DNA of 64,000 bases, taken from assembly GCA_964471165.1 (NCBI GenBank), contig CAYYEX010000005.1:42593-106592 (forward strand). The letters are read 5' to 3'. Position 1 is the stretch's first letter. Every line of letters starts with the position of its first letter. Shown here in pieces: positions 27,962 through 37,575 of this stretch. The notes beneath the pieces were generated by a model. That model was not told the origin of the DNA and did not search any database. It worked only from the letters and a program-made list of their open reading frames with translations. Origin of the DNA: an uncultured Candidatus Saccharibacteria bacterium. Its GTDB lineage: Bacteria > Patescibacteriota > Minisyncoccia > Phycocordibacterales > UBA2100. Both the position numbers and the translations under genes were made by a program.

Positions 27962-27969
27962 CATTCATA

Positions 27970-28881
27970 ATGATTTCTCGACATGAACACAATGGTCTCA
28001 TTTGGATTGACTTACTCTCCCCTACCCCGAAAGAGGTAGCGGATGTTGCTGTCGAATTCGACCTTGACCACGCGACCGCAGAAGAGCTGCTGTTGCCGTC
28101 ACTGAAACCGCGTGTGGATTTCTCGGAGAAGTGGCTATATCTCATTCTGCACTTCCCCGCGCTGCGCCATGGGCGCAAAACACAGGAGCAAGAGGTAGAT
28201 TTTGTTGTTGGCGAGAGGTTCATCATAACCACCCATTACGACGCGGTTGACCCTCTCCACAAGTTTTCGAAGATATTTGAGACAAATAGTCTGCTCGACA
28301 GAACACATATGACCGAGCACGCTGGCTTTATTTTGTTCTACATGCTGAAGAACCTCTATAAAGCCATTGACCACGAGGGCGAGTATATTCGTCGCGAGCT
28401 TTCTCAAATCGAAGAGCATATTTTTATAGGCCACGAGGTAGAGATGGTGCAAGCAATATCGCGCAGCGCACGCGACTTGCTCAACTTGCGCCAAACTATC
28501 GAACCGCATCGTGAGGTGCTCCACGACCTTGAAACGAACGGCTCACGATTCTTTGGTGCTGACTTCGTCCCGTTTCTCAAAGGGATGTCCAACGAGTATT
28601 ACCGTGTACACAACCACATCATGCGTAACACCGAGTCCTTGCACGAACTACGCGAAACAAACAACTCGCTCCTCACCACAAAGCAGAACGAAACGATGCG
28701 CGTGCTTACAGTCATGGCACTGCTCACGTTTCCACTTGCACTCTTTGTTGCTATATCCGACTTCCACGGTTCGGGTAATCCGTTTACCCACGTTGAGAAC
28801 GGTTTCTGGTATCTGCTCGGCCTCGTAGTAACTGCCGCAAGCATACTTACCTGGTATTTCTGGCGTAAAAAGTGGCTGTAA
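27970..28881 (+). CDS. CorA-family divalent cation transporter homolog lacking the canonical GMN motif
   Basis: 303 aa; CorA-like cytoplasmic domain plus two C-terminal TM helices and a terminal KKW. The YGMNF position reads ISDFHGSGNPF. TATAAT sits 8 nt upstream of the ATG (leaderless). Confidence 0.65.
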   Translation: MISRHEHNGLIWIDLLSPTPKEVADVAVEFDLDHATAEELLLPSLKPRVDFSEKWLYLILHFPALRHGRKTQEQEVDFVVGERFIITTHYDAVDPLHKFSKIFETNSLLDRTHMTEHAGFILFYMLKNLYKAIDHEGEYIRRELSQIEEHIFIGHEVEMVQAISRSARDLLNLRQTIEPHREVLHDLETNGSRFFGADFVPFLKGMSNEYYRVHNHIMRNTESLHELRETNNSLLTTKQNETMRVLTVMALLTFPLALFVAISDFHGSGNPFTHVENGFWYLLGLVVTAASILTWYFWRKKWL

Positions 28882-28907
28882 TAGACGCCACCTAGTACAA
28901 TACTCGG

Positions 28908-30431
28908 ATGAAGTTTTTTGGATTTAGCCGTTTGTTTGCTCGAAAGCCAGATCCCAAACCTATTGAATCATTGCGTCCACTCCATCTGCACAACACGCTC
29001 AGCGGCAAGAAAGAGGTGTTTTCGTTGCCGCCGCGAATAAAAACGGTACGCATGTACAACTGCGGTCCAACCGTCTACGGACGGCAACACATTGGCAACC
29101 TGTCTATGTTTGTTTTCACAGACGTGCTGCGCCTTGCGCTCGAGTACAACGATTACCAGGTAAAGCAGGTAATCAATTTTACCGACTTCGGCCATCTTTC
29201 TGGCGACAATGAGGGCGACGCCGACCACGGCGAAGACCGCATGAGCAAAGGCTTGAAACGCGAAGGCATGAAGCCAACACTCGAAAACATGGCAATCCTT
29301 GCGAAGAAGTATGCTGAGATTTTCCTGCAAGATATCGAAGAGCTGAACATTCATACAAAGAAAATCACCTTCCCATACGCGAGTGAATACATACCTGCAC
29401 AAATTGCGATGATTCGTGCCCTCGAAGAAAAAAGCTATGCCTACAAAACGAAAGACGGTGTGTATTTTGACACAACGCAATTTGCAGACTACGGCAAGCT
29501 CGGCAACATCGACCTCTCTGGCCTGCGCGAAGGCGCACGCATTGGTGTCTCCGATGAGAAACGAAGCCCGACTGATTTCCTGCTATGGAAGAGCGACAAA
29601 AAAATTGGCTGGGAGTCACCATGGGGACTTGGATTTCCAGGATGGCATATTGAGTGCTCCGCAATGATTCGTGCGACACTCGGCGAACAAATTGATATTC
29701 ACACGGGAGGCATTGAACACATTCCGGTTCACCACAACAACGAAATCGCGCAATCAGAAGCTGCAACCGGAAAGAAGCCCCTCTCGCGCTTTTGGCTGCA
29801 CCGTGCGCATATTCAAATCAACGGCGGAAAAATTGCGAAGTCCAAGGGTGCTGTTATCTATCTTTCAGATATTCACGAAAAAGGATTCCACCCAATTTCT
29901 TTGCGTTACTTGTTCCTCGGAGCACATTATCGCACCACGATGAACTTTACGTACGAAGCGCTCGGAGCGGCACAAAGCGCATACACGCGCTTGCTCGCCG
30001 CACGCCTGTCTTTTACTGAGGAACCTGCCCCAATTGCAGAGGATTATCGCGCTCGCTTCCATGAACGCATCAACGATGACCTCGACACTCCTGGAGCGCT
30101 TGCGGTCGTTTGGGAAATGGTAAAAGACGATTCGCTCAGCCGCGGCACACGCCTCGCGACGCTGCTCGACGCCGACCGCGTACTGGGGTTGAACCTTGCG
30201 ATACCTGACGTCGCCGCGCTCGCGCTCGCAAAAGCAGAGTTGCGTGACTACTTGTCTGAGACCGAACTATCCGAGCAAATAATAGACATCGTAACCCGTC
30301 GAGAAACTGCGCGGGCCGATAAAAACTGGACTACGGCAGATGCGCTGCGCGATGAGCTGGATGTGTTGGGTCTTGGCGTGGAAGATGCCCCCGATGGCCC
30401 GAAAGTGTTTCGAAAGTCTGCGAAAAAATAA
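28908..30431 (+). CDS. cysS: Cysteinyl-tRNA synthetase
   Basis: HIGH-type CGPTVYGRQHIGN; Zn-binding Cys; KMSKS-type KIAKSKG; 507 aa. A TACAAT box sits 6 nt upstream of the ATG. Confidence 0.9.
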   Translation: MKFFGFSRLFARKPDPKPIESLRPLHLHNTLSGKKEVFSLPPRIKTVRMYNCGPTVYGRQHIGNLSMFVFTDVLRLALEYNDYQVKQVINFTDFGHLSGDNEGDADHGEDRMSKGLKREGMKPTLENMAILAKKYAEIFLQDIEELNIHTKKITFPYASEYIPAQIAMIRALEEKSYAYKTKDGVYFDTTQFADYGKLGNIDLSGLREGARIGVSDEKRSPTDFLLWKSDKKIGWESPWGLGFPGWHIECSAMIRATLGEQIDIHTGGIEHIPVHHNNEIAQSEAATGKKPLSRFWLHRAHIQINGGKIAKSKGAVIYLSDIHEKGFHPISLRYLFLGAHYRTTMNFTYEALGAAQSAYTRLLAARLSFTEEPAPIAEDYRARFHERINDDLDTPGALAVVWEMVKDDSLSRGTRLATLLDADRVLGLNLAIPDVAALALAKAELRDYLSETELSEQIIDIVTRRETARADKNWTTADALRDELDVLGLGVEDAPDGPKVFRKSAKK

Positions 30432-30442
30432 TATTCGCGACA

Positions 30443-30478
30443 TACACACATGCTGTGCGGTCGCACAGCATGTGTGTA
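30443..30478. terminator. Bidirectional hairpin terminator between convergent cysS and leuS
   Basis: Near-perfect 16-17-bp inverted repeat TACACACATGCTGTGCG / CGCACAGCATGTGTGTA. Confidence 0.75.
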
Positions 30479-30487
30479 TATGCGGTT

Positions 30488-33388
30488 CTATTCTTCAACA
30501 ACGAAGTTCACGAGCTTTTTTGGTACCACTATTACGCGTTTGATTATCTTACCTGCGAGTCGCTCAGCAACAGTCTCCTTCGCCATAATTTCCAGAGCCT
30601 CTTTGTCGGTATCTTTTGAAGCAACGAAATCGCCTCGAAGTTTTCCGTTTATTTGTATTGCAATAGTCACCTCGTCAAACTCCAACTTTGTTTCATCAAA
30701 TCCGGGCCAGGCTTCCTTGTGAATTGAGGTGTCGTGTTTAAGAAAATCATGCCATAGCTCTTCGGTCATGTGCGGAGCAAATGGCGACAGAACACGAAGG
30801 AAATCCTCATACAACTCAACTGTTACGTTCTGCTCCTTATCCTCCATCAAGTTCAAAAGCGACATCATCTGACTAATAGCGGTATTAAATTTGAAAGACT
30901 CAATGTCTTCTCCTATCTTTTTAATCGCAATATTCATAGAGTTACTCATGTAGGGGGTGACTCCATTTTCGACGGATGTTGGCAGGACTTTGTCTGAAAG
31001 ACGCCACACTTTTTCAAGGAAGCGCCGTGAACCAATCATGCTTTGAGTATTCCACGCAATGGAGTCTTGGAATGGACCCATAAACATTTCATACACGCGC
31101 ATGGTGTCGGCGCCGTAGCTCTCCACGATATCGTCCGGATTAATCACGTTTCCGTATCGCTTACTCATCTTGCGACCGTCTTCGGCCATAATCAGCCCCT
31201 GGTGACGCAACTTGAGGAATGGCTCGTCGAAGTTCAAATATCCCATGTCTCGCAGTGCCTTGGTGAAGAAACGGGCATACAGCAGATGCAGCACCGTATG
31301 CTCTGCCCCACCGATATACAAATCAACCGGGAGCCAATCTCGCAACGCTTCGGGCGATGTAAACTCCTGGTCATTGTGTGGGTCTGCAAAACGAAAGAAA
31401 TACCACGATGAGCATGCAAAGGTGTCCATCGTATCAATTTCCGGTCTCCAACCTTTGCCGAAGACTCGTTCCGTTCGCTCGAACAATTCTTTTGAGCTTC
31501 CTAGTGGCGACGTACCTTTCGGCAGGTACTCAACATCCGTGGGCAAAAGCCACGGCAAGTGCTCAGCGGGAACTGGGTGCGGCTTCCCCTCTGGGTCGTA
31601 CACAATTGGAATCGGGGTGCCCCAGTAGCGCTGACGCGAAATAAGCCAGTCGCGCATCTTGTACGTTTTCTTTACGCGCCCAAACTTTTCTGTAATCGCG
31701 CGCTTTGCTTCCTCAGTATCCAAACCATCGTATGCACCGGAATTAATAAGAATACCGTCGCCGACAAAGATAAATTGTTCGTTGTCGATAAAATTCAATG
31801 TGTAGTCCCCTTCGACAACTGTGAAGTGATTATTCAGCTCTTTGCGCGTCTTCCAGACAACCTCGTGCAGTGCAGCCTCCTTTTCTGATACTGGCTCCTG
31901 CTCAGTATCGATGAGTTCCAAGAAAACATAACGAAATCGAGCGCCGCGATTTTCTAGCTTTACGCGATGGAAGAAAAGCGTGTTGATTGCAAAGTCCATA
32001 TTGCGCACCAGACGCAGATTCTTGTAGCCGGTTTCCTCTCGCACCTCTCGCATCGCGGCCTCAGCCACATTCTCCCCCGCATCAATGCCGCCCGTTACTA
32101 AACCCCGCATGTTGATGCCGTTTTTCCAACTGATGGTGAGGTACGTATCATCTGCCGGATTGCGAACAATCACAGCGACCGCATCACGCTTGATGATAGG
32201 TAGCTCAGGCTTTATTGGTGAGTCCGAACTATCGCGAAATATCGGTTCGACAACCTGTCGAATTGGGAGGTTGTATTTAAGTGCAAACATGTGGTCACGT
32301 TCGTCGTGCGCCGCAACTGCCATGATGGCGCCTGTACCGTAGTGAGCAAGAACGTAGTCGGCAACAAAGAGCGGAATCTTTTCTCCGTTTGCGGGATTGA
32401 TAGCCACTACACCTTTTAGCTCCACTCCAGTTTTCTCTTTGTCGGCCGACAAGCGGTCTATATCAGTTTTCCTTCTCGATGCTGCCACATAATCTGCGAC
32501 CTCGTCGTTATTCTTAAGAACTGTTTTGTGTCCGAGTGCGAGGGTTACCCATTGGTGCTCGGGAGCAAGAACAAGGTAGGTTGCACCGAACAAAGTGTCA
32601 GGCCTGGTCGTGAATACAGTGATATGAGCACGCTTGCCCGTATCATCGGTACGTGCATTTACTGTCTCGTCTCCAAAATCAAGATAGAAATCGAGTTCAG
32701 CGCCTTCCGAGCGACCAATCCAGTTTCTTTGGTTAATCTTGGTCGACTCTGGCCAATCAATTGTGTCGAGCTTGTCGGCGAGCTCATCTGCGTAATCTGT
32801 TATTTTGAAAAACCACTGTTCCAAATCCTTTTTTTCCACAACAGCTCCCGAACGCTCTGCTGTGCCATCGGGCAGCACCTGCTCATTGGCAAGCACGGTC
32901 TGGTCAACGGGGTCCCAGTTTACGAGCGCCTTCTTTTTGTACACAAGCCCCCTTTCAAAAAACTTGGTGAACAGCCACTGTGTCCAGCGGTAGTAATCTG
33001 GTCGATGGCTCCCAATCTCACGATCCCAATCGTATGAAAGTGCCAGGTTTGAAATCTGCGACTTGAATGTCGCAATGCTTTCATCAGTCGTCTGCTGCGG
33101 AGGCGTTCCTGTTTTAATCGCGTAGTTTTCTGCCGGAAGTCCGAATGCATCCCACCCCATTGGGTGCAGCACCCGGTGACCCTCCATGCGCTTTTTTCGA
33201 GCCACGATGTCAGAGGCAATGTAGCCCTTTGGGTGTCCGACATGGAGCCCGGCACCGGATGGGTACGGAAACATGTCGAGTACGTAGTATTTCGGCTTCG
33301 AGGTGTCAGCGTCAGTTTTATAGGCGCCGTCTTTGGCCCACTGTTTCTGCCATTTCTGCTCGACTTTCTTATGGTCGTACGACTTCAT
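30488..33388 (-). CDS. leuS: Leucyl-tRNA synthetase with an inserted NUDIX hydrolase domain
   Basis: 966 aa; HIGH (PSGAGLHVGHPKGY); editing-domain TTRPDT motif; GTGAIMAVAAHDERD; KMSKR (RKMSKRYGN). About 135 extra residues lie between ...LPIRQVVEPIF and GILINSGAYDGLD, and they contain a canonical Nudix box [23 protein letters not shown]. Confidence 0.9.
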   Translation of the reverse strand: MKSYDHKKVEQKWQKQWAKDGAYKTDADTSKPKYYVLDMFPYPSGAGLHVGHPKGYIASDIVARKKRMEGHRVLHPMGWDAFGLPAENYAIKTGTPPQQTTDESIATFKSQISNLALSYDWDREIGSHRPDYYRWTQWLFTKFFERGLVYKKKALVNWDPVDQTVLANEQVLPDGTAERSGAVVEKKDLEQWFFKITDYADELADKLDTIDWPESTKINQRNWIGRSEGAELDFYLDFGDETVNARTDDTGKRAHITVFTTRPDTLFGATYLVLAPEHQWVTLALGHKTVLKNNDEVADYVAASRRKTDIDRLSADKEKTGVELKGVVAINPANGEKIPLFVADYVLAHYGTGAIMAVAAHDERDHMFALKYNLPIRQVVEPIFRDSSDSPIKPELPIIKRDAVAVIVRNPADDTYLTISWKNGINMRGLVTGGIDAGENVAEAAMREVREETGYKNLRLVRNMDFAINTLFFHRVKLENRGARFRYVFLELIDTEQEPVSEKEAALHEVVWKTRKELNNHFTVVEGDYTLNFIDNEQFIFVGDGILINSGAYDGLDTEEAKRAITEKFGRVKKTYKMRDWLISRQRYWGTPIPIVYDPEGKPHPVPAEHLPWLLPTDVEYLPKGTSPLGSSKELFERTERVFGKGWRPEIDTMDTFACSSWYFFRFADPHNDQEFTSPEALRDWLPVDLYIGGAEHTVLHLLYARFFTKALRDMGYLNFDEPFLKLRHQGLIMAEDGRKMSKRYGNVINPDDIVESYGADTMRVYEMFMGPFQDSIAWNTQSMIGSRRFLEKVWRLSDKVLPTSVENGVTPYMSNSMNIAIKKIGEDIESFKFNTAISQMMSLLNLMEDKEQNVTVELYEDFLRVLSPFAPHMTEELWHDFLKHDTSIHKEAWPGFDETKLEFDEVTIAIQINGKLRGDFVASKDTDKEALEIMAKETVAERLAGKIIKRVIVVPKKLVNFVVEE

Positions 33389-33420
33389 TCAGACAAGCCT
33401 AACATAGCAGGCCGTACCCG

Positions 33421-33447
33421 AAAAACCCCGCGTTTGCGGGGTTTTTC
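33421..33447 (-). terminator. Intrinsic terminator downstream of membrane-protein gene 33457..34413
   Basis: AAAAACCCCGC-GTTT-GCGGGGTTTTT; on the minus strand the stem is followed by UUUUUCGGG. Confidence 0.85.
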
Positions 33448-33456
33448 TCACGAGCG

Positions 33457-34413
33457 CTATTTAACGAGAACGTCTCCTTTGGGAAACACCGGGTATCGCT
33501 CCGGGTCGATTGTTCTCTCAAAGCATGTCTGCCCCACTCCGTGTGACCACGTAACGTTGTCTGGGCCGTAATTAGAAACAGGCTTCGGTGCATTCGGTCC
33601 ATCTCCAATGGAAGCCGCATTGAACGTGGCACACAATTCAAACGAGTACGGAGCCTTGGTGATTCGGTAGCCGTAGTCTGTGCCCGACTGTGGATCCTTC
33701 GGAATGTACATGTAGCTGTTGAGTGGGTCAGCAACTTCGGCAAGAGAAACAGGAAGTTTGCCCTTTGTCTGGTAGTAGTTGATAACCTGCTGCTGAATCT
33801 CCATGAGGTTCTGTTGCTTCGTTGCATCGAATCTGGTCAGGCGTACTGCTGCCGGTGAACCGATGATAAGGAATCCGGAAACAATGGTTAGCACAACGAG
33901 CGCGCACGCAGCAATACCAACTGAGAGCGCGCGACTCGGAAACTTAATCCAGTAGCCCCAGTAGTCTGCAAGGAAGTGCATAAACACTGCACTCGCCACC
34001 AGGAGCACGGTTGCCACCTTGAGGATAAATCGTGTCGTAACCTCTCCGCCAAGGAAGTAATTTATGAGTACTATTAAATCGGTTGCCATCGAAAACCCGG
34101 CGATAAATAGCGTCAGGAACAACGCCCAGCGTCGCACCCACAAATCTGCTTTCGCTTGGTCCTTTGTAATATCGCGTCTAATGAGTTGCAGTAAAATTAT
34201 TGCAAGTGGCGCGAGCACGATGAGACTCGCCATCGCGAGTCGTATCGATCCTGAATATGGGTCGTAATAATAATCCTGTTCCAGAGCATCTGGAAACGCC
34301 TGGTTAATGTACTCGAATATAAGGGTAATAAACGCCACTACGCTCCCATAGAGCGCAACCATGGCTCCCGCCCAAAGAAAAAAGTCTTTTGGGGTGACTT
34401 TGTGTGTATTCAT
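33457..34413 (-). CDS. Hypothetical polytopic membrane protein with C-terminal extracytoplasmic domain
   Basis: Start placed at MNTHKVTPKDF (34413), preceded by TTATAGT 6 nt upstream; 5-6 TM helices then a soluble tail of about 110 aa. The tracked ORF extends to 34545, overlapping the divergent yidD-like gene. Confidence 0.6.
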   Translation of the reverse strand: MNTHKVTPKDFFLWAGAMVALYGSVVAFITLIFEYINQAFPDALEQDYYYDPYSGSIRLAMASLIVLAPLAIILLQLIRRDITKDQAKADLWVRRWALFLTLFIAGFSMATDLIVLINYFLGGEVTTRFILKVATVLLVASAVFMHFLADYWGYWIKFPSRALSVGIAACALVVLTIVSGFLIIGSPAAVRLTRFDATKQQNLMEIQQQVINYYQTKGKLPVSLAEVADPLNSYMYIPKDPQSGTDYGYRITKAPYSFELCATFNAASIGDGPNAPKPVSNYGPDNVTWSHGVGQTCFERTIDPERYPVFPKGDVLVK

Positions 34414-34492
34414 GACATGACTATAACGTAATAGGTGCCCATTGACATACACCTGAGACTGTTCCATTATCTTGCCAGCCAAGGAGACAACA

Positions 34493-34876
34493 ATGAGCAC
34501 TGCTGCTCTGAACACCACCGTCAGCCACGTCGCCATTGAAGCCATACGTCTGTATCAGCGTTGGGTATCGCCCCGTAAGGGGTTCTGCTGTGCGCACAAT
34601 ACGCTTCATGGCCAAGGAAGCTGCTCCGGCTTCGGGGTCAAAGTCTTGCAAGTGAACGGCTTTGCTACGGCGCTCACGTTGATGCGCTTGAGAATACGTC
34701 AGTGCTACCTGGCGAACCTGGTCCTAGAGGAGGATCGACGTAAAAAGCGGCAGCGTCAGATTAAAAAAGCCGCCGGCATTGGCGCTGTAAATGTGGCGGA
34801 GGTGGGACTAGATGTCGCTGCAACCGGCATGGAAGCAGCAGATTGCTGCGGGGGTATCCTAGGCGCTCTCGCCTGA
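34493..34876 (+). CDS. yidD: YidD-like membrane protein insertion efficiency factor (DUF37) with C-terminal extension
   Basis: IEAIRLYQRWVSPRKGFCCAHNTLHGQGSCSGFG matches the YidD core (RFYQ..ISP....C.F.P.CS.Y). AAGGAG RBS 8 nt upstream of the ATG at 34493. Confidence 0.65.
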   Translation: MSTAALNTTVSHVAIEAIRLYQRWVSPRKGFCCAHNTLHGQGSCSGFGVKVLQVNGFATALTLMRLRIRQCYLANLVLEEDRRKKRQRQIKKAAGIGAVNVAEVGLDVAATGMEAADCCGGILGALA

Positions 34877-34926
34877 GCGGAGATGCTCGTTGAACGAAGC
34901 CGGGGCGCACTGCCCCGGCTGTTTAG

Positions 34927-36000
34927 TTATGTGTGATTGCTTTTTACGAGCAAAAGCTCAAACCAAAATGCGCTTCCTTTACCCGGCTTGGAGCGAACGT
35001 TTAACTCCGCCCCGTGAGCACGAACGACTTCGCGCACAATATGTAGACCGAGTCCCGAACCAGCTGTTAAGGATGATTTCGCGTCATTACTTCTGAAATA
35101 GGGGTCGAATATATGTTTCTGGTCTGCAATCGATATTCCGCGCCCAGCATCCGTGACCGAAGCAATAACACGCGACCCCTCTTCGGTCACCGATACATAC
35201 ACAGGTACGTCGGCTCCGGCATATTTAAGCGCATTTTCTATCAAATTTCGTAGCACTTGTTCGATTCGTTCTCTGTCTGCGTGGACAATGCATTGCGTCT
35301 TTGCAACGCTGACAATTCGACCTGGATACGCATATTGAGCTTGTGCAACTGAATGCACGAGTTCAGCTATATCAAAATCGCGTGTATGGAGCACAATTTT
35401 ACCAGCTTCAATCTGCCCAACATCTAACAGAATTGCCGCCAACGCTTCCAAGCGTCGAATCTCAGCTCGCAATGCTCGCGTCGATTCGTCGCCATGCTCC
35501 ATCGTCACTATCTCGGTTAACACATCAAGGTTTTGTAAAGGAGCACGAATGTCGTGTGCTGCGATTCGTATAAATTGCTTTTGGAATTCCGCCGTGCGTT
35601 TTGTTTCGGTAATGTCGTCAAGAATTTGAACATAGTGCAATCTCCCGCTTGATTGCACCGGATACACAGTCGATGACAAATTGAAATATGAGCCGTTCTT
35701 ACGTTTGTCTATAACTTCCGTCGTTTGAAACGGCTTACCAGCCTTCAGTGTTTCCCACATCTTGATGTAGACATCGGGCTGTGTTTTTCCGCTCTGGAGT
35801 ATGCGCGGATTTTTCCCTACGACCTCGGATTGCTTGTAACCGAACTGCCGCTCCCATGCACTATTCACGTAAATTATTTCGGCCCGGTCATTTGTGACAA
35901 GAGTTGGGAGTGGAGATGTGTTCGTGAGTGCACGAAAAAAATCTATACCACTATCGACCATCATGTGCTTTGTGCGCGTAGCACGACGATATCGACTCAT
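34927..36000 (-). CDS. Cytoplasmic PAS-domain sensor histidine kinase
   Basis: PAS-like N-terminus; H-box AAHDIRAPLQNL; HATPase_c G-boxes (GSGLGLHIVREVV); 357 aa; no adjacent response regulator. Confidence 0.85.
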   Translation of the reverse strand: MSRYRRATRTKHMMVDSGIDFFRALTNTSPLPTLVTNDRAEIIYVNSAWERQFGYKQSEVVGKNPRILQSGKTQPDVYIKMWETLKAGKPFQTTEVIDKRKNGSYFNLSSTVYPVQSSGRLHYVQILDDITETKRTAEFQKQFIRIAAHDIRAPLQNLDVLTEIVTMEHGDESTRALRAEIRRLEALAAILLDVGQIEAGKIVLHTRDFDIAELVHSVAQAQYAYPGRIVSVAKTQCIVHADRERIEQVLRNLIENALKYAGADVPVYVSVTEEGSRVIASVTDAGRGISIADQKHIFDPYFRSNDAKSSLTAGSGLGLHIVREVVRAHGAELNVRSKPGKGSAFWFELLLVKSNHT

Positions 36001-36057
36001 GCAAGCAGTATACGCCTCGTAATGCTCTCGAGGCCAGCCATCTTCACGAAGAAAATC

Positions 36058-37167
36058 CTAGCTGTGAAGAAACTCCATCACATCGCCGTCCTGCACGATG
36101 TACTCCTTCCCCTCTATGCGAAGCTGGCCTTTTTCCTTTGCTTTTGATTGCGAACCGTTTTCGAGCAACTTGTCCCACGCAATCACTTCTGCACGAATGA
36201 ATTTGTCTTTAAAGTCTGTATGAATCGCAGCCCCGGCCTCTGGTGCAGTAGAGCCACGTTTGACGGTCCATGCGCGCGTCTCTTTTTCACCAGTAGTAAA
36301 GAATGAAATGAGGTCGAGCAGCGAATAACCAGCTTTAATAAGCGCATCGAGTCCATCTTCGTTTACCCCAAGCTCGCGACGAAAGTCCATTCGTTCATCA
36401 TCGTGCACGTCAGAAAGTTCATGCTCAATTCCGGCGTCAACAAACACATACGAAGCACCTGATTCGTCGAGATACGTTTTGAGTTCTCTCCAACGCGGCC
36501 CATTTTCCGCATCAATGTTCACAACGCCGGCTTTTCGGTTTAGTACGTAGAGTAACGGCTTCATGGTGAGAAGCTGCAATTTCTTTGCCGTTGGAATTTC
36601 CGCAGTTTCGAGCGCGACAGTGCGCGCAGCTTTACCATTTTGGAGCGCGGGAACAATTTTGCGAAGCACATCGCGCGTCGCAACAATTTCCTTGTCGTTT
36701 CCCTTTGAATCGCGCTCTGCACGCTCGAGCATTTTTTCGGCAGTTTGCAGGTCTGCGAGCACAAGCTCCATATCAATGATTTCGATATCATGACGTGGGT
36801 CAACCTGTCCCGCAACATGATGAATATCTTCGTCGTCGAAAAGTCGCACTACTTCAGCAATCGCATCCGTCTCACGAATATTTGTGAGGAACTGGTTTCC
36901 AAGCCCCTCCCCCTCGGAAGCACCTTTTACGAGCCCCGCAATATCGACGAACTCGACAACCGCTGGAATTGTCTTTTGGGTATTCGACATCTTGGCAAGT
37001 GCATGCAGACGATGGTCGGGCACGGCAACAACACCCACCGAAGGGTCGATGGTGGCAAATGGATAATTCGCAATGAGTACCCCTTTTTTTGTAAGTGCAT
37101 TAAAAAGCGTGGACTTTCCCACGTTTGGCAGACCGACGATACCTATAGAGAGAGACATTCGGACCAT
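36058..37167 (-). CDS. ychF: Ribosome-binding ATPase YchF (Obg-family GTPase/ATPase with TGS domain)
   Basis: GIVGLPNVGKSTLFNALT P-loop; C-terminal TGS domain (LRIEGKEYIVQDGDVMEF); 369 aa. Confidence 0.9.
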   Translation of the reverse strand: MVRMSLSIGIVGLPNVGKSTLFNALTKKGVLIANYPFATIDPSVGVVAVPDHRLHALAKMSNTQKTIPAVVEFVDIAGLVKGASEGEGLGNQFLTNIRETDAIAEVVRLFDDEDIHHVAGQVDPRHDIEIIDMELVLADLQTAEKMLERAERDSKGNDKEIVATRDVLRKIVPALQNGKAARTVALETAEIPTAKKLQLLTMKPLLYVLNRKAGVVNIDAENGPRWRELKTYLDESGASYVFVDAGIEHELSDVHDDERMDFRRELGVNEDGLDALIKAGYSLLDLISFFTTGEKETRAWTVKRGSTAPEAGAAIHTDFKDKFIRAEVIAWDKLLENGSQSKAKEKGQLRIEGKEYIVQDGDVMEFLHS

Positions 37168-37217
37168 CCTAGCCGAAAATCCACATTTTAGCTACGCACA
37201 GTGCCCCGCCTTGACCC

Positions 37218-37236
37218 TCTATTGTCACGGGTATAG
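37218..37236 (+). promoter_or_regulatory. Variant copy of the promoter motif (TCTATTGTCACGGGTATAGT) upstream of small ORF 37329..37517
   Basis: Shares the GTCACGGGTATAGT core with the other copies. Confidence 0.45.
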
Positions 37237-37328
37237 TCTGCCGAAAGCGTGAGTTCAAGGAGAGTGTAAAGTACTTCGGCGCTCACGCGGGGTAGAAATC
37301 ACTCGAAACGCGACAAGGAGATTGACGG

Positions 37329-37517
37329 ATGACACAACGAACAGGGCTCCATGCGGATAGCCCCAATGGCGACGTGCGGGTTAACCGCTTCGATAGTGGC
37401 CCGTTCGACACGGAGGCTTACAAGGCCGAAATCGTTCAACCCAAGTCGTGGGCACCTCAGATTACGGCGCTTGCGATGCTCGCGGTAGCCGTTGGCGCAG
37501 TGCTCATCTTGCGCTGA
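37329..37517 (+). CDS. Small hypothetical protein with C-terminal TM helix (62 aa)
   Basis: AAGGAG RBS 8 nt upstream of the ATG. A variant of the recurrent promoter motif (CTATTGTCACGGGTATAGTC) lies about 95 nt upstream; hydrophobic C-terminus ITALAMLAVAVGAVLIL. Confidence 0.4.
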   Translation: MTQRTGLHADSPNGDVRVNRFDSGPFDTEAYKAEIVQPKSWAPQITALAMLAVAVGAVLILR

Positions 37518-37575
37518 CTGCTCAAGGAGAAGTGTTCAATGAGACATTCGGGCGGCCTATGGCCGCCCGTTTCAT

